This document shows positions 1 to 11,989 of a stretch of 64,000 nucleotides of DNA, one piece after another. The position numbers and the translations under genes were made by a program. Positions within the stretch are counted from its first letter, which is position 1. The number at the start of each line of letters is the position of its first letter. Where the stretch lies: positions 699,403 through 763,402 of the forward strand of contig NMRA01000166.1 of the NCBI GenBank assembly GCA_002633005.1. Reading direction: 5' to 3'. Origin of the DNA: Phoronis australis (lineage: Eukaryota > Animalia > Phoronida). The notes beneath the pieces were generated by a model that was given only the letters and a program-made list of their open reading frames with translations, ran no database searches and was not told the DNA's origin.

Positions 1-324
1 TGAGTAAAAGCATTATTTGACAAAAATAGCCGGGCTTTTCTTAAAAGGTCACGACCTCCGACCCCGGGCCTCTGACATAGAAAGTAGTTACAAAGCCGTG
101 GAGAGTCAGAAAACGTAAATCGATTCATTGCAATGTTTCTCGTTTAGTTAGTGGTATAAATAGATTATTACATGTTCTCAGTCGTTATCCCCCTTATCTA
201 GAGCCCTCGTGGATTTTGTAGAATTATCACCCTCGGGGCTAACGCCCCTCGGGCGATAATTCTCCAAAATCCACTCGGGCTCTAGATAACGGGGGATAAC
301 GACTTCGCCATGTAATAATCTATA
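1..324. repeat. Dispersed non-autonomous element ending in a ~162-bp palindrome (copy 1, cut by window edge)
   Basis: Highly similar to 26511-26834. 161-322 is an imperfect inverted repeat (tagattattacatg...catgtaataatcta). Confidence 0.9.
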
Positions 325-489
325 TTTATTCCAATGACTTCAAATTGTCGTCATAATGATGTGACAAATTTTTCGGACACAAGCGCGAGATGTTCAAAAA
401 TGTTATACACATATCGACACACGTGCAAAACTAATCAATGGCATTGAATGGCGTGATGAGGGGAAACAAACCGAGAACTATGTGAGAAA

Positions 490-1335
490 ATGGGAGCTAG
501 AGTTTCGGAATTAGTGGATGGAGGGTGGTCAGAATGGGAGAGTAATGGACATTGCAATGCCACGTGTGGGAAACGAGGTAGACTTAAATTGATACGGCAG
601 TGCAACAATCCATCTCCAAAGCATGGTGGAAAAGCTTGTGTAGGAGTTAATGAGTCGTTGGTGACATGCCAAGGGTCATGTGTCATCACTGATGCTGCGA
701 AGGTACAGGTTACTGGAAATGAAGAGGAGGCATTGGATGGTGCAACTGTTGTCGGTATAATTGTTGGGTTACTTGGACTGATGTTGGTTACACTGGCCGC
801 GAGTTATTTTTATTATTATTACAGGAAGGGTACACCGAAAAGAGGAAAGGACAGCGCTAAACGTTCAAAACCTAACCAACGTGGGGAGGACATGAAAGTG
901 AGCAGACAAGAAGTTATAGATGAAAATGTCATGATCGAGAAAAGCATTATGAATACAAATATTGCGCATGGGGACTGCGATTCGATGTATCAAAACGTCG
1001 CTCCAGAGTCTCGACCTTGTGAGGCGCTCTTCCCGCAAATAGATGGAGGGGAAGGCAAAGAAGTTGATTCAGATCCTGTTGCTAACTTTCGGGAAACCGC
1101 TGAAGAGAGGGATTCCTTCCCGCCGTCGCCAAACACTAACGCCGCTCACGGTGAGTACGACTCAATATATAACGAGGAAGTCGCTGCTGCTCGTCCTTCG
1201 GAGGATTTGGTGAATGAAGACGAAGAAGAAAAGTCAGCCGTTGTCAACGTCATTAGTTTTGCCCAAGTTGAGGAGGTGCGTGATAACACTAACATAGCAC
1301 AAGAAATACAGTGGCACAGCAAAGCCGCTATTTAA
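490..1335 (+). CDS. Thrombospondin type-1 domain single-pass membrane protein (intronless ORF or terminal exon)
   Basis: VDGGWSEW...CNATCG...R.CNNPSPKHGGKACVG is a canonical TSP1 repeat. It is followed by the hydrophobic segment VVGIIVGLLGLMLVTLAASYFYYYY, a basic stop-transfer RKGTPKR and an acidic tail. No signal peptide; a possible phase-1 acceptor lies at 514/515. Confidence 0.8.
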   Translation: MGARVSELVDGGWSEWESNGHCNATCGKRGRLKLIRQCNNPSPKHGGKACVGVNESLVTCQGSCVITDAAKVQVTGNEEEALDGATVVGIIVGLLGLMLVTLAASYFYYYYRKGTPKRGKDSAKRSKPNQRGEDMKVSRQEVIDENVMIEKSIMNTNIAHGDCDSMYQNVAPESRPCEALFPQIDGGEGKEVDSDPVANFRETAEERDSFPPSPNTNAAHGEYDSIYNEEVAAARPSEDLVNEDEEEKSAVVNVISFAQVEEVRDNTNIAQEIQWHSKAAI

Positions 1336-3549
1336 TTGGAGCAGACAGGACAGTAAATTTTTGTAACTGCACACGGATTTTGTGTATTAAATGAGGATAC
1401 ATCAACAGGAAATACATTTTGTTTCCGTAAGCTACTTAAAGTGAAACATGATTTCTAATAATTGTGAGAAATGTCAAGTAGAGTCTACGAGAAAAAATGT
1501 TAATTCGTAATGTAGCGCCATGTATTTTTTTCAAAACGCTCGGTGTACAGCCTCAAAACACCAATGTCGCCAACGAGACATATGCTAACCAACAACATAT
1601 AACTCAGAACACAGCATAGCTAGACACGTAACCGGGGTGTGCTCCTTACAGCAAGTTTCTCGTGAGTGAAGCGAAATCACGTGAAATTATTTCACGATAG
1701 CCAATACAGCTGCTCAAGCAGAGCTGAAGATACATCGAAAAAATTTTACATAGACTTTGAGAAATGGGCATTAAACCAGAAGAAATTTCCTGCGTGGGTG
1801 CAAAGTAATTGTCGAGTGTTACAGTACTAAAAAAATCCAATTCCCGGCCCTGGGTGTCAATTGAATTACATTTATTTTTCGCTTCTTATAAAATCTTTAA
1901 ACCACAGGCAACCGAATCTCCCTCTTACTTAACTATATCAGAAACAAAATTGTGTTTTATCAGTATCACACAGCGATGGTGGCAGTGGTGGATATGAGGA
2001 ACAGGTATATTCAAGAGTCTGTTGTAACATTGAAAAAAATCAAGTCGTCTGCAGTCTTAGAGACCTTGAGCCCATTCCAAAACTACAGACAAATCTAAAA
2101 TTCAAATCAATTTTAAAGTAAATTTTATTCCGTTCCAAGAAAGTAAGAAAGTAATCTTAAGTTTTTGACTTAAGTTTTGTCTTAAGTTTGTCTAACTCAC
2201 CGGATATGGAAGTTTCAAAGTTTGGAGGTTGACAAAAATCTTAGACTTACTGGTAAGTCGGTTTCTTAGAGCGAGCTCCATGTTGTTGATAGCAGTTCGT
2301 CAATCATTCGTGCGGTGGAGCCACAGGTTACACAAAGTATGGGCAATATTTTGGCGCTTTGTAAGAATGGTGTTTTTAGCAGACGTCGAGTTACTAAATG
2401 AGTTGAAGTTATTAGCCATAACCAGGGCCCGGTCTCCAATTTCCGTACTCAGACTCAACTCAGACTCAAGCTCACACTTCATGCTCAATTTGAGTACAGA
2501 TTCAGCTTTCGTGTATTCAATGTCATACTCTAAAAATCTGTTCTCGAAATTTCGAGCAACCGCTATTCACTTTTCGAGTACAAGCGAAGTGAAGTGTATC
2601 TCATCTATATTTCGAGTACGATTTTGGGCAAAAATTCCGAGTAAATGCTTCGAATTTCAAGTTTCCTTTGACAGTATACTTGAAATCGTACTCGAAAATA
2701 ACTACGAGCGAGAAAAGAAAATATTGAAAGACATAGCAAATCTTTGGAAAATTTAAATCCTTATACCGTATTTCAGCGCTTCAGTTTCAGTACAGAGACA
2801 ATAGTTTTCATTTTAAATCTTCTTCATCTTATTAAGCCGCCGTATCATCACAATTCATTGCCGCCAATTTATAAACTCCTTCTTACTCTACGATTCCTGG
2901 CAATAGGCGCATTCTAATCCCTTGTTGGCGAGTCATTACATGTGTCAAAAGCAGCTGTACCTGTGGGGAAAGTAGAGTGGAAAATCTGTGCTGCCCTGAT
3001 TGCAGTAGGTGTTCCAACGGTTTGTTGGGTTTCCCAAAGACGAGGAGGCGAGGAAAGATAAAAACAGTTTGCTTCCCTGCCAGGTACATCGATAATTCCT
3101 TAATACCAAATGGTATTCCAGATTCTGTCTGCCGATTTCTAAGTTGACGTCTCGTTACGTTCACTGATGAAAAATGAATGCCTGTACATGTAATGTTTTT
3201 AACTCATGCACCAAATGTCAACTAACTTGATGCATTCCTGTAAAATGCAAAGATACAATGTCAAAGTTTTGACATCAGCCTACACAGCACTAGGTTCTTC
3301 TTCTTCTCGTTCGTGATTGGTTTTCCCGATTCTAGGTATTTTCCAATTACCATACTGTCAGATATTGTTTGCAGCTAATCGTGGGCGTGTATTTTTGTGT
3401 TTTCGTATATTGAGGGGGGGGGGCAGATATCACAAAATGAAAAATGTTGGGCCCCTCATGATTTCATAGATCTGCCCTTGTAATTACAAAATAATGAAAA
3501 ACTGAAATAATAAAACATGTCTGGCACTAGTAAAACTTCTTTAAGACCA

Positions 3550-4300
3550 GTTACATTTAAATGTGGAATACTTTTTGAAGCACTCTGGATATGATTCCTT
3601 CACTTGCTCTCGTGATGGCCAATGTATTCGTCCAGACAGTTTTCTGGAGAGAAGAGGTATCTGGTTGGATTTAATCTGGGACATAGCGCGTTAAGAAACT
3701 CCATACAAAAACAAGTAGTCATCCAGAAAATCCAGTTTGATCCGCATGAAAGTCATAAGCAGATCATTTTCAGAATGTTGGTTTCGTAACTTCCCTTGTG
3801 TCTTTCTGTTATTCAACTGATAATTCTTTACAGTGAGGTTTTCATAACCTCTATAGTGCTGCATGATTTCACTGCCATGAGCCTCTTCATCAAGTATAGC
3901 CCGGAATGTTTGATAGCTTGTGGACACCCAAGTGCATGTACAAAAAGTATCATTGTCATTTGTCAGTCATTGATTTTTGAATTTTTGTTGAGACTAGTTG
4001 CCACTTTACAAGTTAAATTTGCTTCGTTCTCGATTGCTGACATCTTGGCTTCAGTAGGATGGTTTTCTAGCTGATAAATAGAAGCAGACTACAAAAATGT
4101 CTCTGGAGGGCTGATCTCGGCCAAAGGGACTAACTGTGATTTAACACTCAAAATGTTACCTGTCGTTGATGCAATGCTTAACGGCGTAAAATATGGTGGG
4201 TGTACTTTTCACTATGAAACTGATCTGCCAGCATAGTCCGTTTGCGATGTTAAACGATAATTCTGAATCCTGACCTGCATGATGGCGTAAATTTGAGGTC
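3550..4300 (-). mobile_element. Degraded THAP-HTH-DDE (ISL2EU/Harbinger-like) transposase remnant
   Basis: Stop-interrupted translation gives KSTPTIF (THAP AVPTIF-like box), ENDLLMTFMRIKLDFLDDYLF.YGVS (HTH_Tnp_4-like) and IHWPSREQVKESYPECFKKY (the segment that precedes DDE_Tnp_4). Confidence 0.7.
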
Positions 4301-4589
4301 AAGAGTAAACTCACTGCAAGTTTAGTTAGCATACAGGTATGACGATTTGGTGTCGAGAAGCCGTTTAGTAACTCATTTATTAGTAAAAAACGAGAGAAGT
4401 TACTTACTAGAAGACTATAAGTTAGGTGCGCATAACGTTTCAAGCCTGCAGATCAGGCCCTTGTTCACATGTCTGAGCTTCCCGTCGTTGTTGAACCGGA
4501 AGTAATATCTTGTCCTAAATGAGGGGAAGTTGTAGTCCTTGCTCATTTATTGCTACAACTGATTAACACTAATCTCCATGCTCCCTAAC

Positions 4590-5295
4590 TGTTAGAAGAA
4601 GAGTGACACTTGTTTTAGTAATATAAGTTTCATTTTGATGTTCTATTGTTTACTACCAGATATCGCCTGATTGCCGGACAAAACTCATGAGATCAGACCA
4701 GTGATGATGTAATTTGTTTAGAATGGAATACTAGAGAACATTATAGTAGATTCAAGCATATAAGTGATTAATATAGAACCGTAGTCTGGAACACTCTACA
4801 GCTTAGTATATCTTTGTAGAATGGTTGGAGAGATTTTGCAAAGTTCTAGCATGTGCTTGAATTGGTGAAAAGTTCCAGAACATTGTAAGACGCTACACAT
4901 AGGCTACCAGGCACGGGTTAGTGACAGCCGGTTGACGTAAAGTTGGGTAAAAATTAAAAATACAGCTGCAGTTGAAGTTGCAGTTGAGTTGAAGTCCCAA
5001 AAACAACAGTTACAGCGATAATTGATAAAAGATAGGTGTAGAGACTCTCGCTTATATAATCAACGAGTGTGACAATTGCTGGATGTGACCTATGAGTTCA
5101 TTGCAGGGCTTCTAAGCACTGGTTGGAGCATAGAACAGAAATTATGCCGGACGTTTTGTTTGACTTGTGTACGTACGGTAGATATTCATAAAATGATGAA
5201 CTCAAACCAGTCTTCAGTCAATCATCGCACCGAAAGCTGTTAGCAGCGATCAGTGACGACCGGCGCCCACCCATCCACGGGGGTAAAACGTGACA
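4590..5295 (+). mobile_element. Solo LTR (diverged copy)
   Basis: TGTTA...TGACA termini; collinear similarity with 30264-30815 (shared blocks atgtgcttgaattggtgaaaagtt, gcactggttggagcatagaaca, aaaacgtgaca). Confidence 0.7.
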
Positions 5296-5539
5296 AATGC
5301 TTTCACGAACAACAATAGACAGTTGTCAAAACGTTTAGAATTGCAATAGCCATGGGCATGTGTTGCACTTAGGATTGTCATTTTTCTGCATATTCACCAT
5401 TACGTAATTATTCGTTAGTTTGTATGTCTTTTTCTCTTGGATTAAGTTTCTCAACTTTAAGAAAACTTTGCATCATAAGCATTTCACTCACTCCTTTATT
5501 CCTCGAAGTTGATAAATAAATATCAATACGGAGAAAATT

Positions 5540-8500
5540 TTATTTTTTGTCTGCATTTTTGCTATCAAAACCTAGAAGGTCAGCCACTTCGTGGACAACT
5601 TCCTTAACGTCAAATTCTAACTTGAAATTTTTTACGCTCTCTGTAAGGACTTCATCAACCCTTTGCAATTCTTTGACATTCAAGACGTAATCCACATTCT
5701 CGTCGAGCCAATAGATAATATACCAGACAGTGCCAGATCTGCAAAAGAGAGTGCCCAAACTTTTAAGGACATTGGATAGTACTCCCACATAAAATGGAGT
5801 AGACGTTTTCATTGCGTCCGTGGAATCCGAAGCACGTTGTTCCCCTGTCTAAATTTAAGAGGTGGCTGTATAAGACTGAAAACCGGTGTAAACAGGACTC
5901 GGAATATCAGCCCGTAAGATGGTAAATATCATTGGGGGACGTGAGGGGGCAATTTGTCTTAGTCAAACTTTTTGCCCTACCCCCTTTCCTAACGCCACTA
6001 TCTTTGCTACCCCCCTCCCTCTACATCCATTCTCCGCATGTTGACAGTTTTGTTCAGATCCCCCACGCCCGCCACACCTGGATGCAAACCCGGGGAGGCA
6101 GCCATCAGAACTTGAGTAACCATGTTTCAACAAAGGTTCAGAGAGGGTAGGAGGGAGACAAAGGGCCAGCGCAGACAGATGGCAGGGAGAATACATACAT
6201 ACATACATACATACATACATACATACATACATACATACATACATACAAACATACATACATACATACAGACATACATACATCCGTACATACATATATGAAC
6301 ACGTATAGGCCTATACAGCCTTTCGTTAACGCAAACTTCATTAAAAACACGATTGTCGCAAAGCTTGATATACACTCGCTCACAGTCTCTGTGAATAGTT
6401 TGCTACCTTCCGGTGCATGAGCAGGTATATAACAAATTTCCAGTGGACATTACAAACAAACAAGCTAAAATAGTAGTTATATTTCGAGAGCACACATGCC
6501 TCTTCACATAGTAAAAATGAACATGGTGTAAGCGAAACAGTGAAATAAAAACTGTGACAGCATGGTAGAGGTGAGTAGCTGTCTCGCTGCAAAAAATTTA
6601 ACCAAAATCAGGTGCCCTTGTTCAAAATACACAGCAATATATCGCGTAGTCTTATTTTCCTAGCTAGCTTCTGGCGAGGTCCTAGCGTTATTGAACTCTA
6701 CTCAGGTAGAAGGGCATGCAAGCGGAAGTCCATAGGGCCAGAATGCGGGAAATCCCCGGAAGCTCCTCCTTCAGCACAGGTTTTTCATGTCTGATTAAGA
6801 TTGACTGCAAAATCTTTCATCAAAGTGTGTAATTTGGGCATAGCAAAAAGTAGTGCTGTATATTATATCTTTCCACGTTGATATAAAATATAGACCGGCA
6901 GGCCAGAACACTAAGCATAGATGAACGAGGTACCAACATCTGACCATAGGGGCACTTAGAGTCCACTTCAGTATGTACAGAAACGGATTTACGCCCTTGT
7001 CTGCACTCTGGGTGTGACCCCTGGGTACCTTACAAGGGGGAAACATGAACTAGATGAGATATTCGATGTGCCGGCCAAAACTGTCCTAAAACCAGCAATA
7101 TTACCACACTGAACACCGAATGACCCATGGCAGACAAACTGCACTCTAGAAAGGGTCCCCCAGAAACCAAAATTGAGGTAGTTCATACATTTGAGGTACC
7201 ACAAAAATCCTATTCCATATGATTCAATACATGCCACTGACCACTAAATGGCCTATGACAGACAATACACTCTGGATTGCACTCACCAGAAACCCCCAAA
7301 AATTTCAACCAAGGTATGCCACTGAACATTTGATCAAGATTATATACGAGATGATACCGGTGAAAAATATTATTTCAAAATGAATGATCGTGTCGCACAA
7401 CACCGAATGATCCATAACAATTAAACTCCAATCTGGAAAGGTCCGCCAGTTACTACGCACTTATTTTTGTATAGATACTTACAGATCCCCTGTCCTATTT
7501 AGATATCCGAATTCCTCTGCAAACACGTCCCACAAAGTAACATTCCCATCCTTATTCAGGTCAGCTTGTTCCAAATACTTCTACAATGATATGTTTCGAT
7601 ATTAAAGGTAAGCATCAAATTCAGGTGCACCCATCTGATACATTTGCGAGCTAAGGGCGAAAGCAGAAATTGTTATGAGTGTCAGGCGGGCTTTTTCCAA
7701 CACCAGACCAGTCCATTTCTGTATTGAGTCGGTCGCAAATTTTCTCAAGTGTCGATTTCATACTTTGGGGCCCGAAAACTGAATGTGGAGAATAAATCGT
7801 AAATGTTTCTGTGTGATTGGTAGATTGAAATTTATTCGGTAGATGTATTTCCTAAGACCTGTTTATCACTACGGCTTCAAAATGTTTGTTTTCTTCAACT
7901 TACATGCAAAACAATCACAGGTAATTTGAGCAAGAAACGTGTTTACTCGTAATTTAACTCAAAGATCACAACCATGACTTTTTTCAATCAATGAGGCGGA
8001 TACAATTATACGCAGTTTGTTCAGTCAATCGAATGGCTTTTAAGACGATCTCAAATGTGCGAGTACGCTGCTTTAAAAATGCGTTGTCGCTTAAGAAACA
8101 TGCTTTTTATTTAGACTGCATAACGTTATCAAATTCAACTTGTTTCTTACTTAGACGAGAAATGATGTCTAAACTTAAAAAGAACTGACAGTTTCTTTAT
8201 CGTTTGAGATCATGCTCGGCGCATGACGTGACCCGACGGGACAAGCCAGCTTGTTGAGCTAGCAATAACAAAAAGTATAGACTAATGTCACAGTTGTTAG
8301 CGATGCTAATCAAAAATTGCATTTAAAGTACATGTAGTCTCTTTTGCATTATAAAGGTTCGCTATAGAATCATGAACATGATTTTTCAGAAGTTTCACTT
8401 TCTCAAAGCAATCTGTGGTCTGGCTACAACATTAACAAAAAAGTACCGAAATAAAATTTCATACGTTGAAGTTCTTAAGGTAGTCACGTGCAAACACATT

Positions 8501-10775
8501 TTATAACAGAAAAGTTACACTTGGAAAACATTTTCAAAATCTGCTATTTTCGACAAATTCCACAAATTTTGTCGGCATGGTGATATTTTGTAACACGAGA
8601 TGATGAAAGCCTACGGAGTAAAATGAATAATTATGTTTAGTGGTAAAAACTGCCATGAGATACTGTATCTCTAAATCTTATTAACACATGTACACCGTAG
8701 GTCCATGTTTAGAGCCATCTTTCTGAACACGTGTAACAGTAGCCGTACTTTGTACAAAGGACGTAAAACTTTCCGTTTTTAACTCTTACCTTAGCTCCAT
8801 TAACTGCCCACGCATCTGACATGTTTTTCACCAGGTCTGATACAGTAATAAGTCCATCCTTATTTGAATCGAGCAATCCAAAGTACGTGCTCACAAGTGA
8901 TTTCTGTGAAAGGAAAATAATGTGACGGTAAGTACATTCCCTCTGCACCACGTGATTGCATGGTAGGAATTACGCAATCAGTTAGGGACGAACAGGAAAA
9001 AGTCCGGATCTCAGTAAAAAATCGAGATTAGGACAGGCTTAATAGCACTAAGCATTATAGTTTTTCTTCTCGAAGGCTTTTATCTGCAGCACTGCTGTCG
9101 CGCGCCTTTCAAATCTATTACGGAACGGTGACCTCTGTAATAGCGCCACCTACGTGGTAACCTCTTCTAGCACTGGGAAAGTGTGTATGTGGAACGCTTG
9201 CTGGCTCGTAAGCAGATTGACGTGCAGACCTAAATATATATGTGTGTGTGTTGCGTATGTTTTGCACATGCGTGGGCGTGTATCAAATTTTGCATTGTTT
9301 AACGCAAGACTGGGTGCTGTCACAGGTTTTGTGTGTGCGTGCCATTTGGCAAAAATGGGTCTTTGAACAACTTCAACAAAGCGGTGTCTTTAAGTTAAGG
9401 CATCCTGTCAGAAAAACAGATGATTTAAATAAAGTACTCACTTGGAAAACTCTTTGGATATCAGAATACCATAAAAGGTGCACAAAGACTGGTATAAACA
9501 TGTGAATGATTTACTCTACAAAACCAAAAGAAATAACTGAGTGTTTAAAGCACGATCATACAAGACTTACCCAAGTTTGACACTTTATGCCACAGTTTGC
9601 ACTCCTGAAATGATGCAAATAACTAAATTGTTTTGTTTTATACATGACGAAATCTTCAGAATCCGCAAATGAAAGGCGTCTGAAATGCGGAAAGTAGAGC
9701 AACAGTGATCTATTTTCCAACGCGAATGTTTTTTACAAAAGTTGAAATTTTTAGCCATATCACTACCACCCAAAACAACTCAGGTTAATCCTTTTTCATT
9801 GAATGTCACAAAATTTTTTAGAACAGTCACCATCTCCCGCTGCTCAAATGTTTTTAAACCTCACAGTTGCTGTCTTACACTTTCTTTAATTGTGTTTACA
9901 GAGTCGAATTTTATTCGGACATTTCACAGCACTACTTCGACTCCCAGAATGTATTTCTTCAAATGTCATTGTCCGAATCTCTCTAAAACCTTTTCCCCAG
10001 TGTCGCCCAACGAACATTATTTTGTTATATTGGCAAGACAAGGTTAACGAACAGGAAGTCACCTAAGAGCTTGTCACTTGTATCGTGGGTAGTAAGATAT
10101 TGCCTAAACCATGGGCGGCGCACCATAGGGGGCTGGGGTGCGATAGCCCCCCCACTTTTTTCACTGCTACGTTGCACATGGTCTATAGGCGATGCACCAC
10201 AGGGGAGCTATTTTTCAGTCCTTACAGAGTCGAAAGATTATTCCGAAAGGCTTGAAACTGTGTACTGTTCTTGAAGTCATGTGACGCGCTCAGGAAAAGT
10301 CCCACGGATACTGTCATACTTACCAAACATTGAGTAAGAAACGTCATTTACCATAATGTATAGAAGTTAGAATAAGTACTTACGAGTTCTTTAGTGCAGT
10401 CAATATTGTATCCACAGTCTCTTTGGCTTCCATCTTTCCATTGGGTTGACCAGCCGCTCTTTTAACAATTGGCTGTGCTCTTTTGACCACCGTGGCATTG
10501 GCTAGCTGCGCTGCTCTTTTGTCCATTGTTTCAAGAATAATACTCGGCATTGGTCTTTTGACCACTGGGTCATTAGCTAGTTTCGCTGCTCTTTTGTCCA
10601 TTGTTTCAAGAATAATACTCGGCATTGGTCTTTTGACCACTGGGTCATTAGCTAGTTTCGCTGCTCTTTTGTCCACTGTTTCAAGAATCACACCCTGTGG
10701 TGCTCCTCTGTTGACCAGGGATGCTGCGGAACAGACGGCCAAAACAAAGGCAAAGACGACCAGCAAGACTTTCAT
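5540..10775 (-). CDS. Secreted precursor: signal peptide + KR-flanked peptide repeats + EF-hand (SCP/calexcitin/aequorin-like) domain, about 282 aa
   Basis: Exons 10384-10775 (ATG at 10775, acceptor ctacag just upstream, donor TC|gtaagt), 9571-9604 (ttcag/gtaagt), 8790-8903 (tttcacag/gtaaga) and 5540-5848 (tttag, stop TAA) join in frame with phases 2, 0, 0. The product has signal MKVLLVVFAFVLAVCSA, seven KR sites, EF loop DSNKDGLITVSD and a second EF-like loop DENVDYVLNVKE. AATAAA lies at 5495-5500. Confidence 0.72.
6192..6292. repeat. (TACA)n microsatellite
   Basis: Directly visible; source of the spurious MYVC ORFs. Confidence 0.97.
7100..7450. repeat. Degenerate tandem repeat within an intron
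   Basis: Recurring cactgaacaccgaatgacc...ctagaaagggtcc-like units at about 7107, 7235, 7320 and 7400. Confidence 0.5.
10509..10675. repeat. 75-bp coding tandem repeat (25-aa unit AAKLANDPVVKRPMPSIILETMDKR)
   Basis: Identical units start at 10509 and 10584, with a partial unit at 10659 and degenerate flanking copies. Confidence 0.95.
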
Positions 10776-11171
10776 TATAGTGACCTGTAGATTGAAATGT
10801 TTATACGTACACACAAATTTTAGACTCAGTGTGGCTAGATATCCTAGGAATATCAAAATTTTAAGTGATTTAATCGGCATGAATAAAATGCGCAAAGTTG
10901 AACTGAATTAAAAAAAATCATCTCTGACAATATTTCAACAGTTTGCCGGAGTTTTCTTATAAAAATATTTTAATTCTCTTAAGCGAATGTGGTTTTCTTT
11001 TGCTTTTGTGTTCAAAACATCGGCGATTCCAATTACCCTCGACTTCCGGACTATTGAACCACATGACTTTCAGGTATCACCTTACTAGTAAGCTTGACTC
11101 CAGTTACTGCAAATTATATTTTTAGCAATAAAAATTAAAAAAATAAAAAGCTCTCTCTGCCGGCACGTATA

Positions 11172-11177
11172 TTTATA
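11172..11177 (-). promoter_or_regulatory. Candidate TATA box for the EF-hand precursor gene
   Basis: TATAAATA on the minus strand about 400 nt upstream of the ATG. A possible non-coding first exon ends at a gtaagg donor near 11085. Confidence 0.3.
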
Positions 11178-11989
11178 GTTCACGTATGATGCCCAACACC
11201 TTAGTACTCGAGTGATTATTACCCCCTCCCCCGNCCCCCCCATAAAACTGCATGAGGTAGCAGTTACAATTATCAAGTTGTTCGGTTTCCAAAGCAAATT
11301 CGCACATTAAAAAAGCGAGGTTTGTATTATTATGCCACCAACTGAACAAGATCATCAACAAAACACAGTTTTAATTTATCGATGTTTTTTTTAAATTTTC
11401 ATATTTTGTATTTCGGGCTTTGCCTAGTAAAAGTCTGCAAAATATGTTGCGGTCACAAAATTAGTTTTTCCGCTTTTTCGTTCACGGTTAAACAGAGGCA
11501 CTACACTTGAAATAATGTTAAATTTGCAGGAGTTGCTTAAAACACTCGTCTATTGATGAACAAAATCCTTTTGAAAATGGATTAATTACGTTTCTACGTT
11601 CACCGATTTTCTTGCGGCGGTGTAAGTAAACGTATAGTGTTTTGGCTTACACACAAAAAGTTAAACCGTTAGTTTTTTATGTTTTGGTTTGTTGCCCATC
11701 GTGTTTTATATGAAAAAATTAGACAGTCAACGACTTAATTTTTGAGGTATTTTAGTTCGTTTTTGACGCCTAAAATTTGCGTCAACATCCAAACTTTAAA
11801 ATCTTCAGTCAAACTAAAAGTACTTGCGTCAAAACCTCAAGTCGAATTTAAGATCACTTTCTTGAAACAGAGTTGACTAAAATTTATTGTTTGTTCTAGG
11901 TAAGACAGTTTTTCTTGGAAAGAGCTCCTGTGCTCGATTTCGTTTCCAAATGCTTATTCTAGATAGGTTTCTCTGCCAATTTGCTTCGG

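Noticed and set aside
2229-2756. 175-aa ORF
   Set aside because: Non-ATG start, overlaps degenerate ctcgaa/ttcgag-rich repeat sequence, and has no domain features.
5963-6383. MYVC-repeat ORFs (also 41283-41746)
   Set aside because: Translations of tetranucleotide microsatellites.
10483-10911. 142-aa hydrophobic repeat ORF on the plus strand
   Set aside because: Antisense shadow of the 75-bp repeat exon; the splice signals and signal peptide are on the minus strand.
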